Positions 1-9,641 are shown, counted from the stretch's first letter. The stretch is 64,000 bases of DNA from an uncultured bacterium (GCA_963701025.1 OY969557.1:442042-506041), one strand, 5' to 3'. The notes: a model not told the origin generated them from the letters alone. A program made the numbers and translations.

Positions 1-136
1 TCCGCTCCGTCGCGCTCTTGCCTATGGTCGGAGCGCCACGGGCGTCGCTTTCCCATACCGGTCGTCGCCGGGCGAGGACAGAAGTCCGTGAGGAGAAGCG
101 GAAGTCGGCCGCTTCTCGGCGGAATACCGACAGCTC

Positions 137-164
137 TTGACAAGAGTCCTTGCATACATATAAT
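137..164 (+). promoter_or_regulatory. sigma70-like promoter, TTGACA-16 nt-TATAAT
   Basis: Consensus -35 (137-142) and -10 (159-164) with a 16 nt spacer, about 70 nt upstream of a GGAGGA-ATG gene start at 234. Confidence 0.45.
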
Positions 165-233
165 AGTAATGCTTACCGAAACGGTAGGCTTCCAGAAAAA
201 ACTTCTAGGTAAACTCCATGAATTGGAGGAAAT

Positions 234-707
234 ATGTTCGCAAAAAAGAAAAGATCCTCGACAACCCTAACGGCCTCAACGGCATACGTGACTTACGCCA
301 TAAACCACATTATGGCCTTCGTCACCAACGGTCACTCGCGATGGCCTCATCAGATGGTGATCCGATTCAACGAGATCGATGACATCGATGACATTGAACA
401 GGTGGAAGGTAATGGATTCCTACACAGTGGAATTCATGTATGGGTCGATGTGGGAGATCGGATTCGCATGGAATTCTTATTGACCTCGACATTATGCGTG
501 ACACCACTGATCGTTGGATATGGGCGCCTGAATCTATTTGCATCACGACCCATAGCATGCCCAGCTTCTACATCATCTGCACCGATAATCAAGGCAATTT
601 CCGTCCGCTCAGTGGCGCAGACAAAAGGTGCTTACCTATTATCGAAAGAAGTATGCTCTCACCGAACGTACGCCGTTTGTCGTCCGCTAAACCAGCTCTT
701 TCAATGA
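234..707 (+). CDS. hypothetical protein (possibly frameshifted; alternative frame 440-742)
   Basis: ORF preceded by a strong RBS (GGAGGAaatATG). No recognisable domains and an odd composition. Lies in a lower-GC segment at the left edge of the window. Confidence 0.3.
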   Translation: MFAKKKRSSTTLTASTAYVTYAINHIMAFVTNGHSRWPHQMVIRFNEIDDIDDIEQVEGNGFLHSGIHVWVDVGDRIRMEFLLTSTLCVTPLIVGYGRLNLFASRPIACPASTSSAPIIKAISVRSVAQTKGAYLLSKEVCSHRTYAVCRPLNQLFQ

Positions 708-738
708 GCACGAATGTGCTCACAAACATAAGGAAATT

Positions 739-917
739 ATGAGTGATGATCACGAATTGGGTCACGAAGCACGGATGATTGTCTTCAACCTGAAGAAGGA
801 ACAGCTTGAAGCTGAACAACTTCGTAGGGAAAGAGATCAAGTCACGAAAGACGAACTGTGGAAGAAGAAATGGTATGTTCGTCTCACCCGATGGGCAATC
901 AGTCTGTTTCGCAGATA
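739..917 (+). CDS. small K/E-rich hypothetical protein (59 aa)
   Basis: AAGGAA RBS 5 nt upstream of the ATG. Followed by a hairpin terminator. Shorter than the ORF-track cutoff. Confidence 0.3.
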
Positions 918-966
918 GTGGTATCTCCACCAAAGAGCCAAGATAAGTGCTCATCACAAAACTTTA

Positions 967-1001
967 CCCCGCAGACTTGTTCCAGCGGGGTTTTAACTTT
1001 T
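967..1001 (+). terminator. rho-independent terminator (CCCCGC..GCGGGG hairpin plus T-run)
   Basis: Inverted repeat ccccgcagacttgttccagcgggg followed by ttttaactttt. Confidence 0.5.
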
Positions 1002-1030
1002 ATATAAAAATGATTTTGAATTTTTCCTTC

Positions 1031-1056
1031 TTGACTTCACTGAAAAATGGTAAAAT
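1031..1056 (+). promoter_or_regulatory. promoter TTGACT ... TGgTAAAAT (extended -10) driving the recombinase, near-leaderless
   Basis: -35 at 1031-1036. TGn-extended -10 at 1048-1056. The ATG at 1063 lies about 7 nt downstream of the -10. Confidence 0.5.
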
Positions 1057-1062
1057 TACCGC

Positions 1063-2677
1063 ATGACCGCAAAAAAATATTTTATCTACACCAGAAAATC
1101 TACCGACACCGAGGATCGGCAAGTCAGAAGCCTTGCCGACCAGCTCTCCGAGCTGCGCGAGCTCGCCAGAAAGGAGCAGATCGAGGTCATGGATACCTTC
1201 ATTGAGAAGCAGACTGCCAAGATTCCTGGTAGGCCAGTATTCGCGGAGATGTTAGAGCGTATAGAGGCCGGCGAGGCCTCCGGTATCCTCGCTTGGCACC
1301 CCGACAGGCTCGCTCGCAACTCGGTTGATGGAGGAAAGATCATCTACTTAGTGGATACTGGGCATGATCACAGACCTGAAGTTCCCGACATTCTGGTTTG
1401 ATTCGACACCACAGGGTAAATTCATGCTCTCGATCGCTTTTTCACAGTCGAAATATTATGTCGACAACCTATCGGAAAATGTTAAGCGCGGTTTCCGCCA
1501 GAAATTGAAGAACGGCATCTGGCCACAGAAGGCTCCGATTGGATATTTGAATGACAAAAAGACCAAGCTCATCACCATTGACCCCGATAAGGCTCCTCTG
1601 ATCAGGAAAACCTTCGAGGCCTACGCCACTGGCACATATACCCTCTCCGGATTGCGTAAGGCTATGGGCGAGCTTGGTCTCACAGGTCACGGTGGCAGAG
1701 ATCTTTCCATTTCAAACTACCAGTATCTTCTCAAAAACCATCTCTACTACGGCCTCATATATTTCCATGGAGAGTTTTGGGAGGGCAAACATGAGCCCAT
1801 CATCACAAAGAAGCTGTATGACACGGTTCAAGAGGTCATGACGCATAAAAGCAAGCCTCAACATGAGGGAGGATTGAAACCATATGTATATCGCGGACTA
1901 TTCAAGTGCGCCGAGTGCGGATGTTGCATCACCATTGAGACCAAGAAAGGTCATAACTATTTGAGATGTACAAAGCGCAAAGGACCATGTTCGCAAAAGT
2001 ATGTCCGCGAGGAGGCTATGACTGATTTGATCAAAGAGGAACTGAAGAAAGTATCTTTGTCTGATGCTGTAGCAGATTGGCTCATCGCAGAGGTTGAGAA
2101 AGACCGCGCCATAGACGACAATTCATCGAAAAACCAGATTCAGAAGGTCAGTGACGACGTTGTGGCAATCAACACTAAGCTCGACAAACTCATGACGGCG
2201 TACCTTGAAAACGCTCTCACACTAGAGGAATACCAGACTACCAAGAACAAATTAGTGACCGAAAAGCAGATTTTGAAGGATAAACTGGCATCTTTCGGGC
2301 GGGTCTCGACCAGTCGGTTCGAACCGGTCATCGATTTCCTAAACGACTGTAGACAGGCCGGTATTTTGGCGGAAAGCACGGATGCGGCGAAAATTCGCTC
2401 ATTCTTCCAAAAAGTCGGTTCGAACCCACTCGTCCGCGACCGCGCCCTCGTTTTTTCGCCTCGGGCACCCTTCGCCTTCGTCACCCAAATCCCCAAAAAC
2501 ACCAGCAAAGAAGCGGGCGGGGCGGAAGGGGGGTTTCAGGGGGGAATTCCGCCCCGCCCTCCGCACGTGCGATGCATCTCGCCTTTTTCGGGCGATTTTG
2601 AGTTTTCTGAAAAATTGCTGCGGGACTTGGACTCGAACCAAGATAACATCCTCCAGAGGGATGTGTCCTACCATTAG
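1063..2677 (+). CDS. large serine recombinase (resolvase domain + recombinase domain + zinc ribbon), frameshifted near 1380; 3' end uncertain
   Basis: N-terminus YTRKSTDTEDRQVRSLADQ ... LAWHPDRLARN is a serine recombinase catalytic domain. It continues in the +1 frame as ITDLKFPTFWFDSTPQGKFMLSIAFSQSKYY plus a CxxC..C zinc ribbon. The ORF tail overlaps the antisense tRNA-Gln and is probably spurious beyond about 2480. Confidence 0.8.
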
Positions 2678-2688
2678 ACGATCCCGCA
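2618..2688 (-). tRNA. tRNA-Gln(CUG)
   Basis: Cloverleaf with a U1:A72 pair, a G73 discriminator, a GGTTCGAGTCC T-arm and anticodon loop CUCUGGA. Confidence 0.85.
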
Positions 2689-2758
2689 AAATGGAAAAGT
2701 GCACCTTGCAGAATAACCCAAAAAGAGCTATAACACAATAAACCAACAAGGAGGACAA

Positions 2759-3370
2759 ATGATCGAAACTATTGAAACGACAGCGCTCTCGCCGGAGAGC
2801 GTCATTGAAAGATTGGCCCAGGCCAAAGTGCGCACCGATAACTGGGGCAAGCGCCCAGGAACAAAATCTCTCGAAGAATTCATCGGGTACTGTCAGACGG
2901 GCGAATACGAGCTTGATGACGACGGTGACATATTGAAAGTCCGGGTGAATGTCGCCACGGCCTTCGTGCGTTGTATCATCCTCCCCCGCCTATGGGAAAT
3001 GTACGAGGACGGGAGGTATCGGGTCGACACCCACGTGGCCAATCGGAGGAACCGGTTCGAGGGCAGCGTGGCGGCTCGCATACGAACCCTCTGGGGCGAG
3101 GACGCGGAGGGGGCCATCCGCCGCGGGATCGCCAAAGAGCTTGGCCCGATGGAACCTCGGTTCGAGGATCCGAACGAATACGAGCTCCGGTACGATCGTG
3201 AAGAATCAGTGAACGCGGTGGGCGCGGAGGGGTTTCCCGGTATTCCCGCCACGTACCTTGTCCGACGGCATGTCTGCATGGTCCCTCCCGACATGTGCCA
3301 CCGCAGGCATATTCTCGCTTGCGATGATGGAACTGCCATCGTGTTCAAATGGAACGAAATGAGGATGTGA
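2759..3370 (+). CDS. hypothetical protein
   Basis: Strong SD (AAGGAGG, 6 nt spacing). 203 aa. No recognisable motif. Confidence 0.6.
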   Translation: MIETIETTALSPESVIERLAQAKVRTDNWGKRPGTKSLEEFIGYCQTGEYELDDDGDILKVRVNVATAFVRCIILPRLWEMYEDGRYRVDTHVANRRNRFEGSVAARIRTLWGEDAEGAIRRGIAKELGPMEPRFEDPNEYELRYDREESVNAVGAEGFPGIPATYLVRRHVCMVPPDMCHRRHILACDDGTAIVFKWNEMRM

Positions 3371-3445
3371 TCGGCGGCTCGACACGGTATCCCATCGCTA
3401 TCGGAGCGGCGGGATTTTTTTATTCCCGTATGCTAGCATGGCTAT

Positions 3446-3994
3446 ATGAGATATTTCATCGGTTGCCATATCCGCGGCGAAGCCGCCGAATATTACAAAG
3501 CCACCTGCGCCGACTTGGCCGCCCGCTTCGGCGTCGAAGACGTCTCGGCCATCGTGCCGCCGCATATCACCGTCAAAACAGCCTTCGAAAGGCCGTCAGT
3601 GGAGACCGTCGACGACGTGGTTTCTCTCATCGCCTCCGCGTCTCCGGCCCATTCCATAGGGCTATCAGGGTGGAACCATTTCGGAACGCGCACCATATTC
3701 ATCGACGCTCCGGCCGCGCCGTCGGAGCTCAAGGGTCTCGTTGATGGCCTCCTCGGTAAGCTCGAGGGCGCCGGCATCGCCATCTCTCCCCAGGACCGGG
3801 CCTTCCAGGTGCGCCTGTCCGTGGCCCGCTTCCTCAAGCCGAAAGAATGCGAAGATATCTGGCGCCATCTCCAGTTATCGCCCGCGCCGAAATTCGATCT
3901 GTCGTTCGACAATCTGACCATATTCGTCAAAGAGAACCGTGACGACAAGGCCTGGAAGATATTGAAGACTTTCCCGCTCATGGGGAAGAAGTAG
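3446..3994 (+). CDS. 2H phosphoesterase superfamily (LigT-like) protein with degenerate second HxT motif
   Basis: First motif PPHITV is present. The LigT 'HITLAR' position reads RLSVAR (H->R). Size (182 aa) is typical for LigT. Confidence 0.5.
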   Translation: MRYFIGCHIRGEAAEYYKATCADLAARFGVEDVSAIVPPHITVKTAFERPSVETVDDVVSLIASASPAHSIGLSGWNHFGTRTIFIDAPAAPSELKGLVDGLLGKLEGAGIAISPQDRAFQVRLSVARFLKPKECEDIWRHLQLSPAPKFDLSFDNLTIFVKENRDDKAWKILKTFPLMGKK

Positions 3995-4072
3995 AGACCT
4001 TACGCCGAGGTGATGGCGGCCAAAGCGATAGCCGCGACGAGAGCTATTCCGATTCCGGCAGTCATGTATTCT

Positions 4073-5838
4073 TTATTCCTTTATTCTTTTATTCCTTGCG
4101 TTCATTCCCTTCGCCGCTTTGATAAATTCAGTGAACAATGGGTGCGGCATGAGGGGCCGAGCCAGGAATTCCGGATGGAACTGGGTGCCGAGAAAGAACG
4201 GGTGCGCACTGCGCGGCAATTCGGCTATTTCCATGAGAGTGCCGTCGGGAGACTTGCCCGAAAATACAAGACCGCCCTTTTCAAGCTTTTCTATGTATTT
4301 CGGATTGACCTCATAGCGGTGGCGATGGCGCTCTTTGATGGTGGTCGTCGGCTTCGACAATTTCTTGCCTTGGAAATAAGAATAGGCTTCCTGGGCTATA
4401 GTGCCCTTGCCAAGCTTAGCCGGATAGAGACCCAGTCGCATGGTGCCGCCGTAATTCCCCTCTGCTATCTTCTTTTTTTGGTCGGGCATGATGTCTATGA
4501 CCGGATGCGGTGACTTAGGGTCTATCTCCGCCGTGTGGGCGCCGTGGAGTCGCAAGACGTTCCTGGCGAATTCCACAGTCATGAGCTGCATGCCGTAGCA
4601 CAGGCCGAAATACGGTATACCCTTCTTCCGGGCGTAGTTGATGACTGCGAGCTTGCCCTCGATGCCGCTCTCGCCGAAGCCGCCGGGCACGATGATGCCG
4701 TCGAACGAAAGGAGGTTGGAGTAAGGAGAATGAGGCAAGGATGATTCGGTTTCCGAGTTTTTTCTTCTTTCTCCCTGCTTCCTGCTCCCTTCGCCTTGCC
4801 CTCAAAATCGCGGGCATTCACCGTATGGATGACCGCCTTGACCTTGTTGGCGTAAGCCGAAAATTTGATGGCTTCCAAAACCGAGATGTATGAGTCAGAC
4901 AAGATGAAATCCCCTGTATTGAAATATTTGCCCACGATGGCGATGTTGACGATGTTCTCGGAATGATCCTTGATGCCCTTTGCCATCTTTTTCCAAGCTT
5001 GGAATCTTTTATCCGTCTTCCGTGCATCCAAACCTATAGATTTCAAAAGCAACTCCGCTAAGTGGTCTTTTTCAAAATTTATCGGAACGTCATATATGCT
5101 TTCTATATCAGGCGCAGATATGACATGCTTTGGCAGAACATTGCAAGTAAAGGCGATCTTATCCTTGCGTTTCTGATCCAATGCGATCGGTCCTCTGGCT
5201 ATGATGAAATCGGCCTGCACCCCGTAGCTGTTCAACTGCTTCACGGCATTTTGGGTAGGCTTGGATTTCATCTCGCCTATCGTGCCCGGTACCGGAAGAT
5301 AAGAGACCATGATGAAGACCACTTCATGTGGATGCCTTATTTTTAGAACGCGCGCCGCCTCGATGAACATGACATTCTGGTAATCTCCTACCGTCCCTCC
5401 GATCTCGACAATCGTGACATCAGATTTATTTATCTTGGCGCTATGTTCTATCCGCCGGACAATCTCTTCACGGACATGGTCCGCATCGACGAATCGACCG
5501 CCGTATTCCAACGCTCGTTCCTTATCGATTACGCGCTTGTAGACCATGCCACTGGTGATGTAGTCGTCGGCGGTCAGGTCGCGGCCCAGGAAGCGCTCGT
5601 AATTTCCCATGTCCTGGTCCGTCTCAAGACCGGAATCGAGGACGAAGACCTCGCCGTGCTCGGTCGGATTCATGGTGCCGGCGTCCACGTTCAGGTATGG
5701 GTCCACCTTGACCAGATTGACCTTGTAGCCTTTGGCGGAAAGGAGCGTGCCGATAGAGGAAGTGGCTATGCCCTTGCCGACGCCGGACATCACGCCGCCG
5801 ATGACGAAGATGTATCTGTGGGGACTCGGCTTCTTCAT
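4073..5838 (-). CDS. pyrG: CTP synthase, interrupted by a 1-nt frameshift inside a GA-rich insertion (about 4745-4800)
   Basis: N-terminal synthase domain (GVGKGI..., DPYLNVDAG) in one frame. GATase domain (GIIVPGGFG, LCYGMQ, HPEF) in another. The shift falls in gaagaaaaaactc. Confidence 0.9.
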
Positions 5839-5877
5839 GGGGTCATTCTAGTAGAGAACCCCGCGGATTGTCTATGA

Positions 5878-6420
5878 TTGACCGATAAACACCAATGTGT
5901 TAAGGTTCGTCCGAATATGAGCACACACAAGCGAGTTGGCCTCCTCCTTTTGACCGAAAGCGAGGATGGACAAACGGCGGTCGCGCATCTTGAAAAACGA
6001 GTACCGGGATTCGGGGGAAACACCGCTCCGACGTGGCCGGGGATACACCTGGTCAGCGCGGGAGGAAAAGTCACGGATGACGAGAATGAGCTTATGGCGC
6101 TACATCGCCAGCTCAAAGATAAGTTCGGCGAGTTGCCTGGCAGGTTGCTCACCATAATCCTTCTGGAAAATGACCCGGAGAAGCAGATCCTGTTCAAAAA
6201 TGACCGGATCACTCTGTTCGGGTTGATCATGCCCAGGGAATTGTTGGAAATGACTCATTCCAAGGTCAGAAAAGACGGGTTTACCCGCGTCACCGAGGAG
6301 GATCTTTCGCGTCTCATCAAGGCGGAAAGCAGCTGGAAACACCAGCCTCACAAGAAAGACGGCATCGTCGTCTTTCCTGAAACCGAAGAGGCCCTCCGAA
6401 GAGCGTTTCGAAAGCTCTGA
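5878..6420 (+). CDS. NUDIX-like hydrolase (degenerate Nudix box)
   Basis: WPGIHLVSAGGKV followed by GKVTDDENELMALHRQLKDKFGE approximates Gx5Ex7REUxEExGU. Confidence 0.45.
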   Translation: MTDKHQCVKVRPNMSTHKRVGLLLLTESEDGQTAVAHLEKRVPGFGGNTAPTWPGIHLVSAGGKVTDDENELMALHRQLKDKFGELPGRLLTIILLENDPEKQILFKNDRITLFGLIMPRELLEMTHSKVRKDGFTRVTEEDLSRLIKAESSWKHQPHKKDGIVVFPETEEALRRAFRKL

Positions 6421-6442
6421 TAGACACAAATCTTTCCGATAC

Positions 6443-6470
6443 GTCGCCGAACCCCGTTCGGCGATTTTTT
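6443..6470. terminator. bidirectional rho-independent terminator between a NUDIX-like gene and ftsX
   Basis: gtcgccgaaccccgttcggcgat hairpin followed by TTTTTT. Confidence 0.6.
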
Positions 6471-6481
6471 ATGCCTGATTT

Positions 6482-7439
6482 TTACACCCTCAAATATCTC
6501 CTCGCCGCTATGTAGCTCGACACGCCGCCGAGGACGATGCCGGAGCCCATGATCATGACGAATATCTGCCCGAAATTCTGGACGAAATACGAGGAGAAGA
6601 CGTTGACGATGAGGGAGAAATTCGAGGCCACCTCGACGCCGGCGAGCTTGAGGATGACTGTGTCGCTCCAATAGGCGAAGACCGCCATGAGAACGAGGGT
6701 GATCACTGCCGAGACGATGCCGTACATGATGCCGGAGACCACGAACGGCCCGCGGACGTAGGTGTTGCTGGCGCCGACGAGCTTCATGACGGATATCTCG
6801 TCCCGCGCGGCGTATATGATGAGCCGGATGGTGTTGAAGACGACGATGAGGGCCACCAGCACCAGAAGAGCGGCGATGATCGAGCCCGACGTCTCGACCG
6901 TGGGTATGATGGCGCTCAAGCGGTCGATGATGAGCTTGTTCTCCTGATAATTGACGCTGTCGATGATGGGCGTGCCGGAAGCGTCCGTCGGATTCTTGCT
7001 GGTCAGAAAATCGGCGATATTGGCGTATTGGCCGGGATCCTTGGCTTTGATATTGAGCGAAGCGGGAAAAGGATTGCCGCCGACTTCCTGGAGGCCCTGC
7101 ATGATGAGGGCGTTGTTCTGCCACTTGGCCTGGAAGGAGGCCAGGGCGTCGATCGGCCGAGACATAGGTGGTCGAAGCCACTTCCGGGAGATTGTTGATC
7201 TCCTTTTGCAGAGCCAGGATGTCCGGTTCCTGGGCAGTCAGACTGAAATAGACATTGATGTCCACTTTATCCTTGACATCTGCCAAGAGCGAGCGGCCGA
7301 AAGCGCTGGCGAAGACGATGCCGCCGAAAGCCGACAACGACAGCGTGATGACGAGCACGGCCGCGAACGACAGGAAGCCATTGCGCCAGAAATTGACGAA
7401 ACCCGTCCTCGTTATCCTTTTAAAAGTGGTAAAAATCAT
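6482..7439 (-). CDS. ftsX: cell division permease FtsX, 1-nt frameshift near 7160
   Basis: The N-terminal periplasmic domain and the C-terminal 4-TM permease are in adjacent frames. Deleting one C in gatcgac restores ...YVSADDALASFQAKW. Confidence 0.8.
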
Positions 7440-7448
7440 TTTAGATAA

Positions 7449-7481
7449 TTAGGTCAATTAGAAATTAGATCAATTTACAAA
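7449..7481 (+). repeat. intergenic repeat TTAGGTCAATTAGAAATTAG(ATCAATTTACAAA), copy 1
   Basis: The same 20-33 nt motif recurs at 8191-8210 (reverse complement), 8602-8643, 25236-25250 (reverse complement, partial) and 46218-46238. Confidence 0.7.
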
Positions 7482-8155
7482 ATGTATTTCCCCGTCTTGC
7501 TGTCGTGGATGACCTTTCCCTTCTCCATGGTGATGACCCGCCCGCCGACGGCGTCGACGACGCCTTTGTTGTGGGTGGTCAGAAGGACGGTGGTGCCGAG
7601 CTCGTTCACCTTCTTCAGGATGCGGACGATCTCGAAGGTGTTCGTCGGGTCGAGATTGCCGGTCGGTTCGTCGGCGATGATGATGTCCGGCTGGGTGACG
7701 ATGGCCCGGGCGATGGCCACCCGCTGGCGCTCGCCGCCGGAGAGCTCGTGGGGAAAGTTCCAGATCTTGTTACCGATATCCACCAAGCCGAGGACGTGCG
7801 GCACGTCCGCCGCCACCTCCGCGTCGCTCCGGCCCGAAGCTTCCATGGCGAAGGCGATGTTCTCATAGACGGTCTTTCCCGGTATCAGGCGATAGTCCTG
7901 GAAGACCGTGCCGATCCTCCGGCGGAGCTTGCTCATCTGCCGCTTATTCAGGCTGTGCACGTCTGTCGATTCCAGATAGACCGTGCCCTCTGTCGGATAA
8001 TCCTCGGCGATGAGCATCTTCATCAGTGTCGTCTTGCCCGCGCCGCTGTGGCCCACGATCGTGACGAATTCCTTCGGCTCCACGCCGAAGCTGACGTTGT
8101 CGAGAGCGACGGAATTGTCGGGATAGATTTTAGAGACTTTGTCGTAGTAGATCAT
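7475..8155 (-). CDS. ftsE: cell division ABC ATPase FtsE
   Basis: Walker A GHSGAGKTT, ABC signature LSGGERQR, Walker B IIIADEPTGNLD. Confidence 0.9.
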   Translation of the reverse strand: MIYYDKVSKIYPDNSVALDNVSFGVEPKEFVTIVGHSGAGKTTLMKMLIAEDYPTEGTVYLESTDVHSLNKRQMSKLRRRIGTVFQDYRLIPGKTVYENIAFAMEASGRSDAEVAADVPHVLGLVDIGNKIWNFPHELSGGERQRVAIARAIVTQPDIIIADEPTGNLDPTNTFEIVRILKKVNELGTTVLLTTHNKGVVDAVGGRVITMEKGKVIHDSKTGKYIL

Positions 8156-8190
8156 GGGATATCAATCATTCAATAATACCATGAAGTAGA

Positions 8191-8229
8191 CTAATTTCTA
8201 ATTGACCTAATTACCTAATTGACCTAAGG
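8191..8229 (-). repeat. intergenic repeat copy 2 (reverse-complement orientation, 1.5 copies)
   Basis: ctaatttctaattgacctaa plus ttacctaattgacctaa. Forms a perfect 20 bp inverted pair with 8602-8621. Confidence 0.7.
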
Positions 8230-8290
8230 AGTGATTAATGACATTGACATGGATAATTTCAAGTGTAATATCTAATTAGGAGAACATATT

Positions 8291-8539
8291 ATGAAAAATA
8301 GAGAAAACCGCATGAAGACGGTGAAAAGACAGCAATGCGTCGTGACGAAGCGTGCCATAAGGTGCGGTCGCGACCTGTTTCGTGTCACGGTGGAATACCT
8401 TGATCAGAGAAAGGAAGTGCATGCACAGGAGTGTCTTACTGGTGACGGCACCTTACGCCCCGGCGTCAAATGCTTGTTGAGGACGATTGAGAATGTCGGC
8501 GATGAAGTTAAAGTCGTCGAAAGGCCACATTTATTTTAG
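8291..8539 (+). CDS. small hypothetical protein (82 aa) bracketed by the inverted repeat pair
   Basis: AGGAG RBS. Followed by a strong terminator. No recognisable domain. Confidence 0.4.
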   Translation: MKNRENRMKTVKRQQCVVTKRAIRCGRDLFRVTVEYLDQRKEVHAQECLTGDGTLRPGVKCLLRTIENVGDEVKVVERPHLF

Positions 8540-8557
8540 TTCTGTTCCTTGCAGTAT

Positions 8558-8585
8558 GGCGGCCTTCATTGTGCCGCCTTTTTTC
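8558..8585 (+). terminator. rho-independent terminator
   Basis: ggcggc cttcattgt gccgcc followed by TTTTTTC. Confidence 0.6.
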
Positions 8586-8601
8586 TTAGAACTTAGATCA
8601 A

Positions 8602-8643
8602 TTAGGTCAATTAGAAATTAGTTTAATTAGATCAATTTACAAA
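8602..8643 (+). repeat. intergenic repeat copy 3 (with 9 nt internal duplication)
   Basis: ttaggtcaattagaaattag tttaattag atcaatttacaaa, immediately 3' of the prfB stop. Confidence 0.7.
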
Positions 8644-9545
8644 TCTCTTTCAGCTTCTATAAACCCCTGAATGTCACCATCTAATATTTTGTCTACGGAT
8701 GATGTCTCAAAATTCGTCCTATGATCTTTTACCATCTTATACGGATGCAAAACGTATGAGCGGATCTGATTGCCCCATTCGATGGAGGTCGTCGAGGCGA
8801 GCTGCATGCCTTTTTCGCGGGCCATGCGCTCGTCTTCCATGCGCTTCCAGAGCTTGCCGCGCAGGATGTCCATGGCTTTCTCGCGGTTCTGGGCCTGCGA
8901 ACGCTCGGAGGTGACATGGATGGAAATGCCGGTCGGCTTATGAAGGAGGCGCACGGCGGTCTCGCGCTTGTTCACGTTCTGGCCGCCGGGACCTCCCGAC
9001 TTGGCGATCGAGACTTCGACGTCGGCGTCCGGAATGGCGATATCGCTCTCGGAGGTCTTCTCGAATTTCGGCAAAACCTCTACCAACGAAAAAGAGGTGT
9101 GACGCTTTTTATTGGAATCGAACGGCGATATGCGGACCAAACGGTGCACGCCAGACTCGTTCTTGAGCGTGCCGTAGGCGCCTAGGCCGCCAGCGCCGCC
9201 ACCTTTGCCGCCTATCTCGATGGTCAGATTCCTATAGCCGCCGTGGTCATTTTCATTGGAATGTATGACCTGCCAAGCCCACCCCTTGTTATCGCAATAC
9301 TTACGATACATCTTGAGAAGCATAGCCGAAAAATCCTCCGCGTCATCACCGCCGGCGCCGGAGAGGATGGAGAGTATGGCATCGCCTTTGTCATATTTCC
9401 CCACTCCTTCAAGCTCGGCTTTGAGATTGGCCAGCTCCTTGATCGTGGCCTGGGCCTTGTCCTTGTTAGACCAGAAATCCCCCGCGGCCATGGCGGCCTC
9501 GAGAGCGGTGATCTTCTCCTGAATTTTTTCTTTATCGTTTTTCAT
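8637..9545 (-). CDS. prfB: peptide chain release factor 2 (SPF motif), short N-terminus
   Basis: GGQ motif ([11 protein letters not shown]) and SPF tripeptide (RISPFDS). 303 aa. No canonical CUU-UGA +1 frameshift site upstream. Confidence 0.85.
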   Translation of the reverse strand: MKNDKEKIQEKITALEAAMAAGDFWSNKDKAQATIKELANLKAELEGVGKYDKGDAILSILSGAGGDDAEDFSAMLLKMYRKYCDNKGWAWQVIHSNENDHGGYRNLTIEIGGKGGGAGGLGAYGTLKNESGVHRLVRISPFDSNKKRHTSFSLVEVLPKFEKTSESDIAIPDADVEVSIAKSGGPGGQNVNKRETAVRLLHKPTGISIHVTSERSQAQNREKAMDILRGKLWKRMEDERMAREKGMQLASTTSIEWGNQIRSYVLHPYKMVKDHRTNFETSSVDKILDGDIQGFIEAERDL

Positions 9546-9565
9546 GCTTCTTGCTCCATGCTTCT

Positions 9566-9641
9566 TGGAGCCAAAGCCCGGGATCGGACCGGGGACCTTC
9601 GCTTTACGAAAGCGACGCTCTACCAACTGAGCTACTTTGGC
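9566..9641 (-). tRNA. tRNA-Thr(CGU), CCA encoded
   Basis: GCCAAAGTAGCTCAGTTGGTAGAGC...CTTTCGTAAAG (anticodon CGT)...GGTCCGATCCCGGGCTTTGGCTCCA. Confidence 0.85.

Noticed and set aside
2410-2445. GGTTCGAACCC tRNA-like T-arm fragment inside the recombinase 3' region
   Set aside because: Flanking sequence cannot form a T-stem or acceptor stem. No cloverleaf is possible.
4010-4513. 167 aa plus-strand ORF
   Set aside because: It lies entirely antisense within the pyrG GATase domain. The pyrG reading is overwhelmingly supported.
7505-8176. Long plus-strand ORFs antisense to ftsE, gatA (12576-13052), pilB (25955-26959), secY (59112-60032), ligA (14140-14661) and others
   Set aside because: They are high-GC antisense shadows of well-supported minus-strand genes. 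They lack RBS/promoters and have compositionally odd, Arg/His/Asp-rich translations.
9546-9566. RF2 programmed +1 frameshift site
   Set aside because: No CUU UGA C motif. The short uORF is in the wrong relative frame for the canonical mechanism.
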